Shown piece after piece: positions 12,924 through 24,786 of a stretch of DNA of 64,000 nt; the first letter of the stretch is position 1, and each line of letters opens with the position of its first letter. The stretch spans positions 930,001 to 994,000 of the forward strand of contig NC_027217.1 of the NCBI RefSeq assembly GCF_000981445.1. Direction: 5' to 3'. This DNA comes from Babesia bigemina. Lineage: Eukaryota. The notes under the pieces were generated by a model. That model had not been told where the DNA came from. It searched no databases and worked only from the letters and a program-made list of their open reading frames with translations. The position numbers and the translations under genes were made by a program.

Positions 12924-13069
12924 CGTAACTAAATGGTAAGGTGTTACGCAGAATCCGCCATTGCGATGCGACAATCCCCCACCGAAAATGCGGCACAGCC
13001 CTCGCCAGCGGCAGTATAACGTGTGGAAGCAACCATAGAATAATAAATCACGCGGCAACAGATGCTTCC

Positions 13070-14925
13070 ATGGCCGAATTTTTGGCTCGGGCTGTCAACG
13101 ACGCCCCAAACGTCACGAAACTAAAGAGCACGCTCGACAATAAAATCGACGGTATTAGACAGGTATGCCATTGAATCGGATCATTTCATACCCTGCAGGA
13201 AGCGGAAAATGGTTTCGATACGCCATCTTCCATATTCCTCGGGCCGCTGTACGACGAGATGCTTATCGCACTCGGAGGCGAAGACATGCAAAACGCTCAG
13301 AAGTGGCTCCTTGCGACATCTTTTGTCATCAAATCGGAAGATTTCAGGTATCGAAGAGGGTTAGCGGTGTCTGAATCTGCTTCCGAATTTTTTGATGGTA
13401 TAATCGCCAAGATACTGGACACTTTGGAAGCATTAGAGGTAAGGGTACCAGGAATTATTTAAATTGCGGGCAGGACAAGCCGTCTGTTATCAAGGACGAC
13501 TTATGGCGTACTTTGAGAGAAGCCTTCGATTATATCCTGATACCCGACGTCGCTGCAGTGGTCAAATGCCACAGACGGCTTGCTAATCGCGCCTTTAAAT
13601 TCGTGCTGCAAACGGCGAGTACCGAAAACACCGAGCAGCTCATACTGCGTTTAATGCGATGGATGTGCTCAACACGAACATTTGACAGCGAAAAGTCGGA
13701 AGATGAGGTGTATCTCAACCAATTGCGGGTTCTGCAGAGCTCCGCAAACGATCGCATTAGCAAAGTGAGTTTATATGACAATGGGACATACGCTTGTAGG
13801 ATGCGTCGGACCTTATGCTGAAAAATGTTAAAACGTTGTCGAAAAGAGATTTGAAGGCACTGCCGGCGTTCATAAACACCAACATGAAGCACCTAGCAAC
13901 AGGTAAGGGTTATGCAACTGCTAATAACACGGCATGCCTGCAGAAATTGAACTGGGTGCTACAGAGAACCTGGCTAGACCATTTCAACTCATGAAGGCGA
14001 CTTTTGACGCGAGTAGCAGGTTCGACGCTAACGTGGTTATCGACCTCGTGCCACTTTGGAGAATGTTCGACGCATTCTTCGAACAGATGCACAAATATGA
14101 CAGTAACACAATCAAGCAAGCATGTGATTTGCTAACAGTTGTGGCAAAATGGCTGTCTCCTGATCTAGTGTTGGTGAATATACCTTACCTGGGGGGAATT
14201 ATCGCAAAGATATTCGATAACGATGTGGACACCCTTGTGCAGCATAGTCAGTGCATGGAGGACCTATTTGCAGTAATGAACGAGCTGTGTCCTGATTTCT
14301 ATCTGCTGGCCAGCGAAAACGCCGTTCGGCTGATCGATACACTGATCGGCGACATCGAACGCTCTAATCTCAAGGACGCGCATAAATTAATCGGTATTAT
14401 CGCGCATATGAACGGTGAAGCCGTTGGACACAAGGTAGAAAGCCTGATTCTCAGGATTGTTGAGCTCAACGACTCACATTGGGGTGATGCATCGCTAACG
14501 CAAGCAACACTCCGTCTGATTCACAGGCACCTTTCAAGGGGTGAGGTTACGCACAATAATGCCCACACTCAAACTCAGGTTGTTCGAAGCACCCCAGGAT
14601 TCTGCAAATACTTCTTGCGTTCACGCAGCACATGAGGACGATGGGGGAGCACGGCATATTGGTGGACCGCATTGAACTTGAAATTGGCGAAATTCTGTCC
14701 ACCGGAAATGCAACGGCTCTTAACGCAGATTACACGCTCTATGCTGAAGAATTGAAGGCATATGTTGAGTTAAGAGGCACAGAAATTCAGCAGGGGGGCC
14801 AAAGAGATAATCCGGACAAGCAGGATACGGCACCTGCGGAAGACACGGCTAAAACAAAACGGGACGAAGTTGTGGACGCCATCAAAAAGAAGTTGAAGAG
14901 TATGCGTCAGTCGGCCAAGACGTAA
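13070..14925 (+). CDS. Hypothetical helical protein, multi-exon
   Basis: Consecutive ORF segments joined by ~35 nt GT-AG introns, from MAEFLARAVND to ...RQSAKT*. Leu-rich helical composition. Confidence 0.6.
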
Positions 14926-15091
14926 CCTCATGCCGTAATGCAAAGTGAGATACAATTGACTCGAGCAGCGCCTCACGCTACGCGGTTAATATAACACATA
15001 ATATAACCGTTTCTGTCCCTTATATACGAAATTCATCTCATAATGCAGTATAGTTGTGCGATAGAACTCATTAAGGCGACGCCGGATGTCA

Positions 15092-16184
15092 TTAGAGCAG
15101 TTCCCCCAGGTATACGCACTTGTCAGACGAAGCAGAAGCTACTATAGGTTCAGTTGGATGAAGCACGACTTCATTGACTGAACCCAAGTGGCCAGGCAAC
15201 TGGTACAGCAGCTTGTTGTCTTTCGTGTCCAAAATGTATACGAAGCGATCGGCGGAACCACTGCTTATTATGGTGCCGTTACCCCAACGAGCGCGGATGA
15301 GATTCTTCTCAGCTGAGTGCTGCGTTTACATTTAACAAATGGCAGTCCCATGCTCACCGTGGGTCCAAAAAGCGCCGTCTTCACACGACTACTCTCGGTA
15401 CAAAACGGTTGAACGTCCCACACCACCAGGCGGGAGTCCATGGAGTTCGATAGCAGTAGGGTCCTGCAACGATTGTAACACGGAAATCTAATACATACCC
15501 ATCATGGTTCAGATCTAGACTGGTGACCGAGTCTGTGCAACCCTCTAATTTGAAGAGCTCTTTGTCGCTGCGATTGTCGTAAACCTAATACCGGATGAGC
15601 AGGTTGACAGAAACCAAGTACCCTAATTGTGTTGTCGAGACTGCCGCAAAAGAATCGCTCTCCTGAGGGCTCGCAGCAAACGGAGAGAATTTGGAAATCA
15701 TGTTCCAAGGATTTTACCGGGCGTTTGCTGCGGTGGTCCCAGACCTTCACAGTTCCGTCATCTGCACCGGTCACTAGCATGCCCCCGACAACACTGCGCG
15801 CAGGGTAGCAGCTGTTCACTATGCCGGTGTGGCCAACTGACGCGAGTATATAGTAAACATGGGTCACTTACCATATTTTATCAGGCGCCTCTGGTACTCG
15901 ACATCCCAGAGGGAGGCGCAGTGATCAGCGGAACAACAGTACAAATTTTCTCCATTTGCACCCCAGTGAAGCTCTAAGATGGCATTCTTATGCCCACTCA
16001 GTACACCAATATTACGGCACTCGCCGTAGACTTCGAACAAAAAGACATTCTTGTCTTTACCGCCTGAGGCCAGGAGTTGGCCATCTGAGGAGAACTCCAC
16101 GCAATACACTTCACCTTCGTGACCCGTGAGGAGCAGAACTGGAGCCTTGAGACCTGATGTCCTTCGTTCCACCACGTCGCCCAT
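15092..16184 (-). CDS. SNRNP40: U5 snRNP 40 kDa WD40 protein
   Basis: RTSGLKAPVLLLTGHEGEVY, GHKNAILELHW, LSNSMDS, LYQLPGHLGSVNEV and C-terminal VYLGELL*. Several short introns. Confidence 0.9.
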
Positions 16185-16742
16185 TGTCTAAATCACATTT
16201 AAAAAATGGAGGCCTAGTGGTAGATGGGCTGTCTACCAAACCTCACAACAAGGTCGACTATAGTTCAATATGGTGCTATATTTTAATATTAGTATATATT
16301 CAAATCATTCCACGTGCGTATCCATCGTACTACAAGCAAAACGATGTCTTAAGAACCGCGTACGGGTCACACAGGTGACACATGAAAAAAAACAGGGAAA
16401 TCCGTATTATCAGCTTAAGTATCGATTATGAATTACATTCGTGGTGAGTTGTACAGTTGGAATCCTGTGGTTATGCGTGTGTTAGCATCACACTCACAAT
16501 GCCGATAAGGCCACAACATCGCAATGCAACAGGAGGCACAAACTTACTCCTTCTGTATTGCCATATGATTTAAACGGCATGCTGTGCATTATGTCTCACA
16601 AATGCCATGATAGCAGAGGCACCGAGGTCGCACATTTAGAGTAGCACACAATGACAGCACGAGGAACCCTAAAAACAGTCGGCCATATCAGTCATAAGGC
16701 GGCTGTTCACAATATTTTCATATAAAGGATTAGCAAAATGTT

Positions 16743-18423
16743 TCACACTTTCTCGTAGTTCAGAGTACCCTCCAATTTCTTGGTCTCCGTTAGCTTCCTG
16801 GCAGCCTTGAAGAAGTCTTCCTCGACCACGTAATCTCGCATTGCACGGATGGCAAAAATGCCAGCTTCCGTGCATATGTTCCGCATGTCAGCTCCATTAA
16901 ACCCGTCACAAAGACGGCAGATTGCGACATAGTCAATATTGCCCTTTTTGTTCAGCTTGCTGCTGTGGATTTTCAGAATGTCCACGCGAGAAGACTCATT
17001 CGGAAGAGGGATCTCTATCTTACGATCTATGCGTCCGGGGCGCATGAGGGCGGGATCCAAGACGTCAGGCCTATTGGTGGCCATGATTATCTTGACCTGA
17101 CCAAGATCGTCAAAACCGTCGAGATGGGTGAGTAACTCCATCAACGTGCGCTGGATCTCACGATCCGCCGATGTTCCCTGCGAAAAACGCTTTCCTCCGA
17201 TGGCATCGATCTCGTCCATGAATATGATGCACGGTTGATGGTCCTTTGCATAACCTGGAAGGTCAATGTCGAAAGTGCAACGATCCATGACACGAATAGT
17301 GGCGTGTAATACAAACCAAATAAGCGTGAAATTCAAGTCATAAGTAGTACACTAAGTGAGATATGGGTGTTGCAGATCAAATCGCTGCCCACCGTTACGT
17401 TTGCGAAGGCAACAATCACAGCAACATAAAAATACACGGACATATGAATCACCACTGCACTACGCAAAACAGGCATTTAACAACGCTATATTTGTATGTG
17501 GATATGTGCCATAAACTCTGCAACGTACCGAACATCTCTCTGATGATCCTTGCAGACTCCCCAATATACTTGTCAACAACGGCAGAAGCCACAACCTTCA
17601 AAAAGTGGCAATCCATGGACGCCGCCAGAGCCTTAGCCATCAAGGTTTTGCCCGTGCCGGGAGGTCCGTAAAGCAAAACCCCTTTGGGCGGTTTTACGCC
17701 TACGCGCTTGAACAGGAACGGATTCCTAAGCGGCAACTCGATGGACTCACGCATCTCACGGATCTGTTTGTCAAGTCCTCCGATGCTGTGGTATCCCAGC
17801 GTCTGTTTCTCCTCTTTTGTGCTTAAAGATTCATTTAACATGTTGAAAACCACAGGGTTTACTTCTCTGGGGAGCTTTCGCATTATCGTCAGAGTAGTCA
17901 TATCCAACGCCACACGAGAGCCGGGAACCAACGTTGAAGGGTCAATCTTTGTCTTACAGTACACCACATAGCGGGGTCCACTGGATGCCTTGACGAGAAC
18001 TGGAAATTATGTTCGTTCTATACAACGTATACCTACACTTTCCGTGGTCTATTGCACGCAACACATGGCCCACAATTTGACCGATACTTTGCAAGGCTTT
18101 CAGATCGTCTTCTGTTTGGTCATCCTTAATGCCCAGGGCTTTTATATCGGCTCGTACTGAAAAATCATGAAGGGGACGTATGACAAAGTGCCGACATATA
18201 GCCAAGCTCTCTCACAGTTACACGGACGCCTAGCGCCAACACATAGAACCGACACATTGGTGTAGCACAAAATAAATGATAGCAAAATGTTGTTAAGATG
18301 GTAAAACATACGTTTCTTCAAACGGTTGTCGATATCTCGATGCTCCCTGACCTTTTTGACAAACTGGCGAATAACCTCTCGATTCTCGCCATCTGGCTCC
18401 GGATTCACAGATTCGGAAGCCAT
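16743..18423 (-). CDS. RPT4: 26S proteasome AAA-ATPase subunit RPT4 (PSMC6)
   Basis: [79 protein letters not shown]. Confidence 0.95.
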
Positions 18424-19491
18424 TGTGAGAGGCAAGTCTTGACAATCGTACTTCGTCTGGAATACAGATAACTCGCGCGGGGTACAGAGGATGCCACTAC
18501 ACATCGCAGTTGCCCACTGCCGATCAACACCAATCCTACACATCATAGCAATTTGCAATTGTGTGTCGTGAATTTTATGTCTTTGTTATATCTCTGCTTG
18601 GTTTCCGTCCAGAAGAACGCAACGTACCAGTACGCCATCTTGACTACAGCAAAGCAGTCGCGTAGCTTTAGCGAACAGTCATGCGATATGAGGGTGTATA
18701 CATCCGTAGTATATGTGTCTAATAGCGCCATCAGTAATCAATGTACCTTACGCTGTATGGGAAGTTTTGTTCCGTACGTTTGCTATAGCGGTCAGTGGCC
18801 TGCGAGTCTAGGGTTCTAGTCCGTCCGCCCATAGGGAATATGTCACTGGAACATGAAGACAGTGCCCAGTTGGTGTGAATTACCGCTTTGCTGTTTGCTC
18901 CATTAAACGTGATGCGTAAGCGTCTTTCACAGTGAATTGGTGTCATGGACGTTGCCCCGTTCAATGAACCACAACGCACTTGCACCTTTCACATACTTGT
19001 AATGCGTGTAAATTGACCGTTCTCATTTTTCGAGAAGGCATACCGTGTCAACCACTCTTTGATTCTCCGTAAGTCACAACTTGGCATCCCAAATCATGCC
19101 ATGGATTGCAATAAATATATAATGATCACATGAAGCCATACCACCGTTGTTCTAGCGTTGTCGGGCACTGGCACAGTAGTTGGTGATCAACATTGGTGAG
19201 GATACATATTACAGTGGTGTATAATACACAACATGTTCTTCGGTATTAACCGCATTGGCGACCTTTCATTTATTTACCATACATCTGAATGACCATGTCA
19301 CACCGACCTCATTTCTACGGCAAAATATACGCATCGACAAAATATGATTGTGAATAATTATGCATCACAGTCCTAAGGAGACTTACTACAATACACAGAC
19401 TGTAGAGAGCTAAAACAGCATAATAACATAAGTTTTAAATCCTGATTACGACCATCTGCCACAATACCATGCAGCCACAGGAACAGACCAC

Positions 19492-19623
19492 CATTAACTA
19501 TGACAATTAAAGTTGTAATTGCCAAACGAGTTATCGTACTATAGTAACTCATTAGTTGGCGTAATAGCTCTCGATCTGGATGGTGGATAGAACTATGCTC
19601 TTGATGGTGACGCAGCGGCACTC
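19492..19623 (-). pseudogene. Inverted 3'-end fragment of the Cys-domain (s48/45-like) multigene family plus its 3' UTR
   Basis: Minus strand reads ECRCVTIKSIVLSTIQIESYYAN* (19552-19623). It is followed by ~60 nt that align with the sequence after the stop of the copies at 23025 and 57826. Confidence 0.75.
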
Positions 19624-20122
19624 TGCCCTAGAAGGAATTACCTCTCTGCAACTCAAGGCATACAACCAACATGACATAATACTGGCAGATCAACAGAACA
19701 TAATAATCCAAATCGTTGGAATAAAAACAATTAACGAAGAAAATCTGGTGGAGATGGAGACTTGCAATATGCGGATTTACGGGGACCTGTCGAAGCTCGG
19801 AGAGAGGGCGTTCACGTAACAAACAAGATACGAGCTGGTATTTCTGTGATAGGGCATGCGACTCCCGTATATTATTACTACATTGTGAATGAGCGTTGTT
19901 GCCGAACAGGGTGGATGCCAACACATGGTACCAGTAACGGTCAGCAACAGGAAGGCGTGGAGCCTTCAACCTACACAAATAGGGATTCGGGAATGACTTA
20001 TGATTACGTACAGTATGCGGTGTCAGACTAACGTATCCAAAGAGTACACTGCTCAAATTAGAAAATATCTAATGTTTTGGCAAATCCGAAAGGTGCGATA
20101 TGTTTTGCCATGAGACCTGAAA

Positions 20123-21652
20123 TCAGAGAGAGGTCATTATACACGTCGCTATCATCATTCGTGTAATCGTGTTGCCTATCTTCAAAGCACCAGATGAGGT
20201 TGTAGCACGCTTTGTTTTACATATATGGCAGTGAATACGTCCTGCTTTCCCGACAATCGATTCGTCCGAAACCGTATTTGCAGTATCAGATACCTCCCGG
20301 TCGCTTAGCTGTTGTGTGCTACATCCGTTAGTGACAGTTGTTGCGGATGCGGTCCTTGTTTCGATCGTCTCGACTGTTTCTGCTGATGATGTGCTATCGT
20401 TTTCCTTATTAGTCTCAGGTAGTGGTGTGACCCGATGTATAAGTGCGCGTGGTGTGTCTTCCTTCACCGATCGTACATCTCTAAAAGTTTCCCCGCTGTA
20501 TCCAACCTTCTCCAACATATACAGCATATTCGAAGCTATTCTATCAATATCCCCCAGATACGTGTTTTGTACTATGGTTCCATACTCCTCAAATGCTAAC
20601 TCCAATCTACGCTGTTCCTCTATTAATTCCACTGCCTGGGCAGAATTTCGGACCATTGTTTTCAATATATCGTTGATATCATCGTAGCGTCTGTAAATGT
20701 TCCACGCATTTGTGACGTCTGTAAAGCTGTCACAATTCCCGTCGTACTGATCTTGAATTTTAAGAATCATAGCATTACGTGGATGTGACGAACCATCTGT
20801 AGCGCATACATTGGTATCATTTAGCAACGGGTCGTGTATTATAGCTTCTATCTTCTTCACGTCCGACTGCACTTTACCCAACGTGATTAATAATGAACCA
20901 TCGTTGAGCAATCGTCTCATTTTTTCATTGCCTGCTACAGAGGCTGGGATATGTTGTGGCAGAACCGTTGGGAGCCCTCCTACACGGCGCTGCAAATCTG
21001 CTTCGACTGGTGGTGGATTTCCGAAGATGATAAACGATGACCTTGGATCGTCAGCCTCAGTTGGCGTTCGATGTGTATGCTTTTTAATGCAATATTGTGC
21101 TTTCTTCGCTAGCCGTCTGTAATACGGAGCATGGTCGAACTTTGCAATCTCGGAGGCGGAGTCTTCTCGAATTTTAAATCGCTCTTCTAGATTAGTCAGA
21201 CTGCTTCTAAGTTGTTCCAACCTTTCAGACGTCATGCGCCCCCTTTGAAGACGTCTGGTTATGCCTCGGTATTCATTAAGCAGGTGTTTCATTTCGCCAA
21301 AATATACATGTGCATTGTTCATATTTTGAAGATCTTGAATGATTTTATGGCACTCATTTGTGTTTTCGTCTTTGATTTTCGGTGAATCGTTTGAATTTTG
21401 CATTACCAATAACATAAAATTCAAATAACCACAAAGTTGCGTATCAGGTTGGGATAATGTTTCGAGGATTTTGATTTTACGACAGAAATCTGCATTGCCG
21501 GCGTAGAGAGCAAGTCCAGTTGCCGGGGGTGTTGCTGTATTCGAAATATCCCCTCTACCGGGAACGACCATAGCCATACAGTTGATGGTACTAATATAGA
21601 GGCAGAATGCAAAGGCGACATTTAGACGCATATATTGGCGAATTGATGTCAT
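20123..21652 (-). CDS. Lineage-specific secreted/surface protein (509 aa), possible GPI anchor
   Basis: Hydrophobic N-terminus (LNVAFAFCLYISTINC), helical core, Ser/Thr-rich stalk, and a small-residue site followed by a hydrophobic tail (TTSSGALKIGNTITRMMIATCIMTSL). Intronless. Confidence 0.7.
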   Translation of the reverse strand: MTSIRQYMRLNVAFAFCLYISTINCMAMVVPGRGDISNTATPPATGLALYAGNADFCRKIKILETLSQPDTQLCGYLNFMLLVMQNSNDSPKIKDENTNECHKIIQDLQNMNNAHVYFGEMKHLLNEYRGITRRLQRGRMTSERLEQLRSSLTNLEERFKIREDSASEIAKFDHAPYYRRLAKKAQYCIKKHTHRTPTEADDPRSSFIIFGNPPPVEADLQRRVGGLPTVLPQHIPASVAGNEKMRRLLNDGSLLITLGKVQSDVKKIEAIIHDPLLNDTNVCATDGSSHPRNAMILKIQDQYDGNCDSFTDVTNAWNIYRRYDDINDILKTMVRNSAQAVELIEEQRRLELAFEEYGTIVQNTYLGDIDRIASNMLYMLEKVGYSGETFRDVRSVKEDTPRALIHRVTPLPETNKENDSTSSAETVETIETRTASATTVTNGCSTQQLSDREVSDTANTVSDESIVGKAGRIHCHICKTKRATTSSGALKIGNTITRMMIATCIMTSL

Positions 21653-22249
21653 TGTTACTGGGCCGAATTAGGACGCCATAGTTTATCATTACAGCGATGG
21701 AAATGGTTAACTTCAATAATAAGCTCCGCAATAAGCACTGCCATCAGGAATGCCAGTATATCATATCCAGCAAACCATGAAGTCACTGATGTAGATTTCC
21801 CTTGAGATATGATGTAATTCGCATATATAGATATCTGCGCAGATGATATGGAATATTTTGACAATCGTACATTTCAATGTCTCAACTTACGTGTTGTCCA
21901 ACATTTGTTATACATTTGGAACAATCCCAATTTCTCTTGCGGCTCAGTAGTGATTTTCCTCGCGTATGGTTTTTTCGTGGTGCTGTGGCGTTTAGACACT
22001 AATCAATTTGCAGCGCATGGTTCTATGCGTTAGTTTTACGAATTTTTTTACATCTATGAGGTTCAGCTGCAGCAGTTAGCTCACCACGGCATGGTTCGCT
22101 TTTTCTGACAAATCATAGAGGTATCCAACATTACAGTCAAATTTCTGTGTACCTCCTGCCACTTCTGAGTCTGAAATTCTCTGTCTGGCACATGTGTTTC
22201 CTGCCACTTCTTTGGCATTAGCCTTGTTAGTCATCCATATTCACCATAT

Positions 22250-23025
22250 CGACCTAGGGACATTTATTTTACAGCGTAATGGAAGAAAAGTGGGTCTTGG
22301 CTATCCTACAGGAGCTGGAAGGATTCCATATCTATCACTTACGCTGCTTTAGAAGTTGTTTACCAATAGAATCCTAAGAGTGTTAGATATCCAGAGTGTA
22401 CAATAAAAGTGCATAAAATGTCATATTGATATCTAAATACCCATTTCAAAAGCATATCATGCCTATGACATTTGTATGCGGCAAGATGTCTAAACCATCC
22501 GATCTGCCCATTGTCACTGTCGACGCAATCTCATCTGACTCATCTGCACGGCCTATAACGCAGAGTACAAGGCGGTCAGGAAACTGTACGTGGAGCGCAG
22601 TTGGCGTAAACATCGACACCATCTACCCCTACATGCAAAGCTGCGGCGTCACATACCCATCAGATGAGTTGTTCAAGCCCGAGACACCTAAACTCTACTA
22701 TGCTGACGGGGAGCCTCAGTTCGGTAGGGAGATTGTTCTTATGATCGCAGGTGAGGTAGCGTCCTGATGCCCAGCACCGTACGTCCTGGACCCACCCAAC
22801 TGCTTCGACCAGGTCTCCGTGAACGGTGAACTGAAGGGCCTAAGCGAAATAAGCAAGTCGCTGATTGCATCAGCATCCGACCACTTCGTCATCTTGAAGT
22901 TCGACAGAGAACTCGTAGGACCTGGCGAAACGCTGCGCCCGTCGCCGCCACTTGAATGCCGCTGCATCACCACCAAGGGTGTCGTCCTGTCTACCATCCA
23001 GATCTAGAACTACTACTCCAAGTAA
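22250..23025 (+). pseudogene. Degenerate C-terminal part of a Babesia Cys-domain (s48/45-like) family gene, copy 1
   Basis: PMTFVCGK...PYMQSCGVTYPSDELFKPETP...VAS*CPAPYVLDPPNCFDQV...PPLECRCITTKGVVLSTIQI*NYYSK*. Two in-frame stops. Family assignment is from recalled motif similarity; 5' boundary approximate. Confidence 0.7.
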
Positions 23026-23767
23026 TTGGTAACTATGGTGTGATAACTTGTTTGGCAATTAGCCACTGTAATCGTCATAGTCCATGTTGCTCGTTATGTT
23101 GGTTTGTGTCTCCAGTAGCAGCATGACTTTCGGTTAGAATGTGGTATTTGCTGTTTCCAATTCCAAGACACATTCTTGTGTTACTATAACTGTTTGTTTT
23201 TGCATGAGTCCTCGTAATTCAATCCAATGTCGTATATCGCAATCACGTACAATTATACCATTCCATGGCATTTTTAACTGCCTTAATGGGGGAGATGAAA
23301 TTTGCCCGTCTACACATATTCCAAGAAGTCATAAGATTTGCAGTGCCATTAATACACGAATATGGATAGCGCCAGATACATGTAACTATAGTTCAAAAGG
23401 TACAATGGTGTTATTGACAGACTGCATTGTCAGTTCCTGTCCACAGAAGGCCATCGGTGGGAATTAAGACAAGTATGACTTCCTGCCCGTCATATCTTTA
23501 AATCATACCTCATTGTACAATATTCAAGAATAGAGTGAATTATAGTGACGATTTCCAAGTGAGCCTTTCAAGGCGACACCGGGCCCACCCACAGCCTGCA
23601 CCGTGATGGGCTAGGCGAGGAGAAAGTGCGAGGCTATGCACGATGGGATATTACGTGTCAGATAAATGTCAATATGGTCGGACTAAGGTAAACGTCAGGC
23701 AACTTGGAAATACGCCCGACACGCATTGGTTCAACAAGAGGCCCGACCTTTCGGGTTGGAACGTGAG
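22625..23767 (+). repeat. Dispersed direct repeat A, copy 1 (~1.14 kb)
   Basis: Aligns colinearly with 57429-58570, from ACCCCTACATGCAAAG to GGTTGGAACGTGAG. Confidence 0.95.
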
Positions 23768-24522
23768 AGATGGTGCCAGAATGCGCACTCGCGTATTAAC
23801 ATAATGATGATATGATAAAATGAATCTAACAGATGGGACTATATGTTGTGGTTGAGATAACTCAGTAGTCAACTACATTGCAATGTCCTGGGTTAGATGG
23901 AACAATGTCATTAGCACGTGGTGATGGATGAGCAACGTGCACCACTTTCGAAGATGAGCGAAGAGCTAGTGACTCGACTTCATATTAACCACAAGTATTA
24001 CGATGGATCATGATGCGGCTACGCCCACAACATTAAAAATATATACCCAATACAGTAGGGGCGAAGGTCACAGCATATAGATAATCTGATGGCGTCCATA
24101 GCCAGCGCAAGGCACATGGACATGGCATCGCTGACGTTGAATCTGGTTACAGCAGTAAGAACCGCCAATTAATGCGGATGGTGGATGGCTGGCTGCTCCA
24201 CCCCGTGATTACAATGCAGCGAATCTGTATGGCCATCCACGTCGACATCTGACTCGGATTCCTGATGAAATAGTGGGTCATCAACCAAGTCGCTGTTTGT
24301 ACGTGCGACTAAGGCGCGTGATCTCATGGTATCTATGCCGGTAGATGTCGGTGAGATGTGGGGAGTCAGACACGGAGCGGCTCATGCTGTGTCATACCAG
24401 TTGAACTCTGGGGCTGAAATTGAAATTTAACGTTTAATCCCCTGACATAACAACAACGCAAAACTCTGTGTGCGTCATACGCTTACGAAACATGAATACA
24501 ACAATGACATGCGTTGCGGATG

Positions 24523-24545
24523 CTGCATGCCACGTTAGTAGTATC
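24523..24545 (+). promoter_or_regulatory. Conserved upstream element of ves-like gene 1 (contains TGCATGC)
   Basis: CTGCATGCCACGTTAGTAGTATC matches 60747-60769 at 19/23 positions, at a similar distance from the ATG. Confidence 0.45.
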
Positions 24546-24786
24546 AACTAGGCCGCAGTGATGCAGCTACGTCGTCAGTGCGCCTGCCCCTTTCACATAT
24601 TTAACACGCTTAAGACTGCTAATAGTTCAATTTATCGCAGATTTACCAGGTGTTGGCACCGCTTTTGTCGGTCTGCCATTAAGGCGTTGCTGTTTGAAGG
24701 TTCGGCCTGTTTTGTAAACGGGCCCGCAAATAAACGAATAATACACACTTGCATAAACACCGTTCGATTTAGAGAACCTTTACACA

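Noticed and set aside
22765..22767. In-frame TGA shared by both pseudogene copies as possible selenocysteine or readthrough codon
   Set aside because: The surrounding gene is truncated and copy 1 has another stop. The TGA sits beside, not at, a conserved Cys, and no SECIS was identified. Shared descent explains it.
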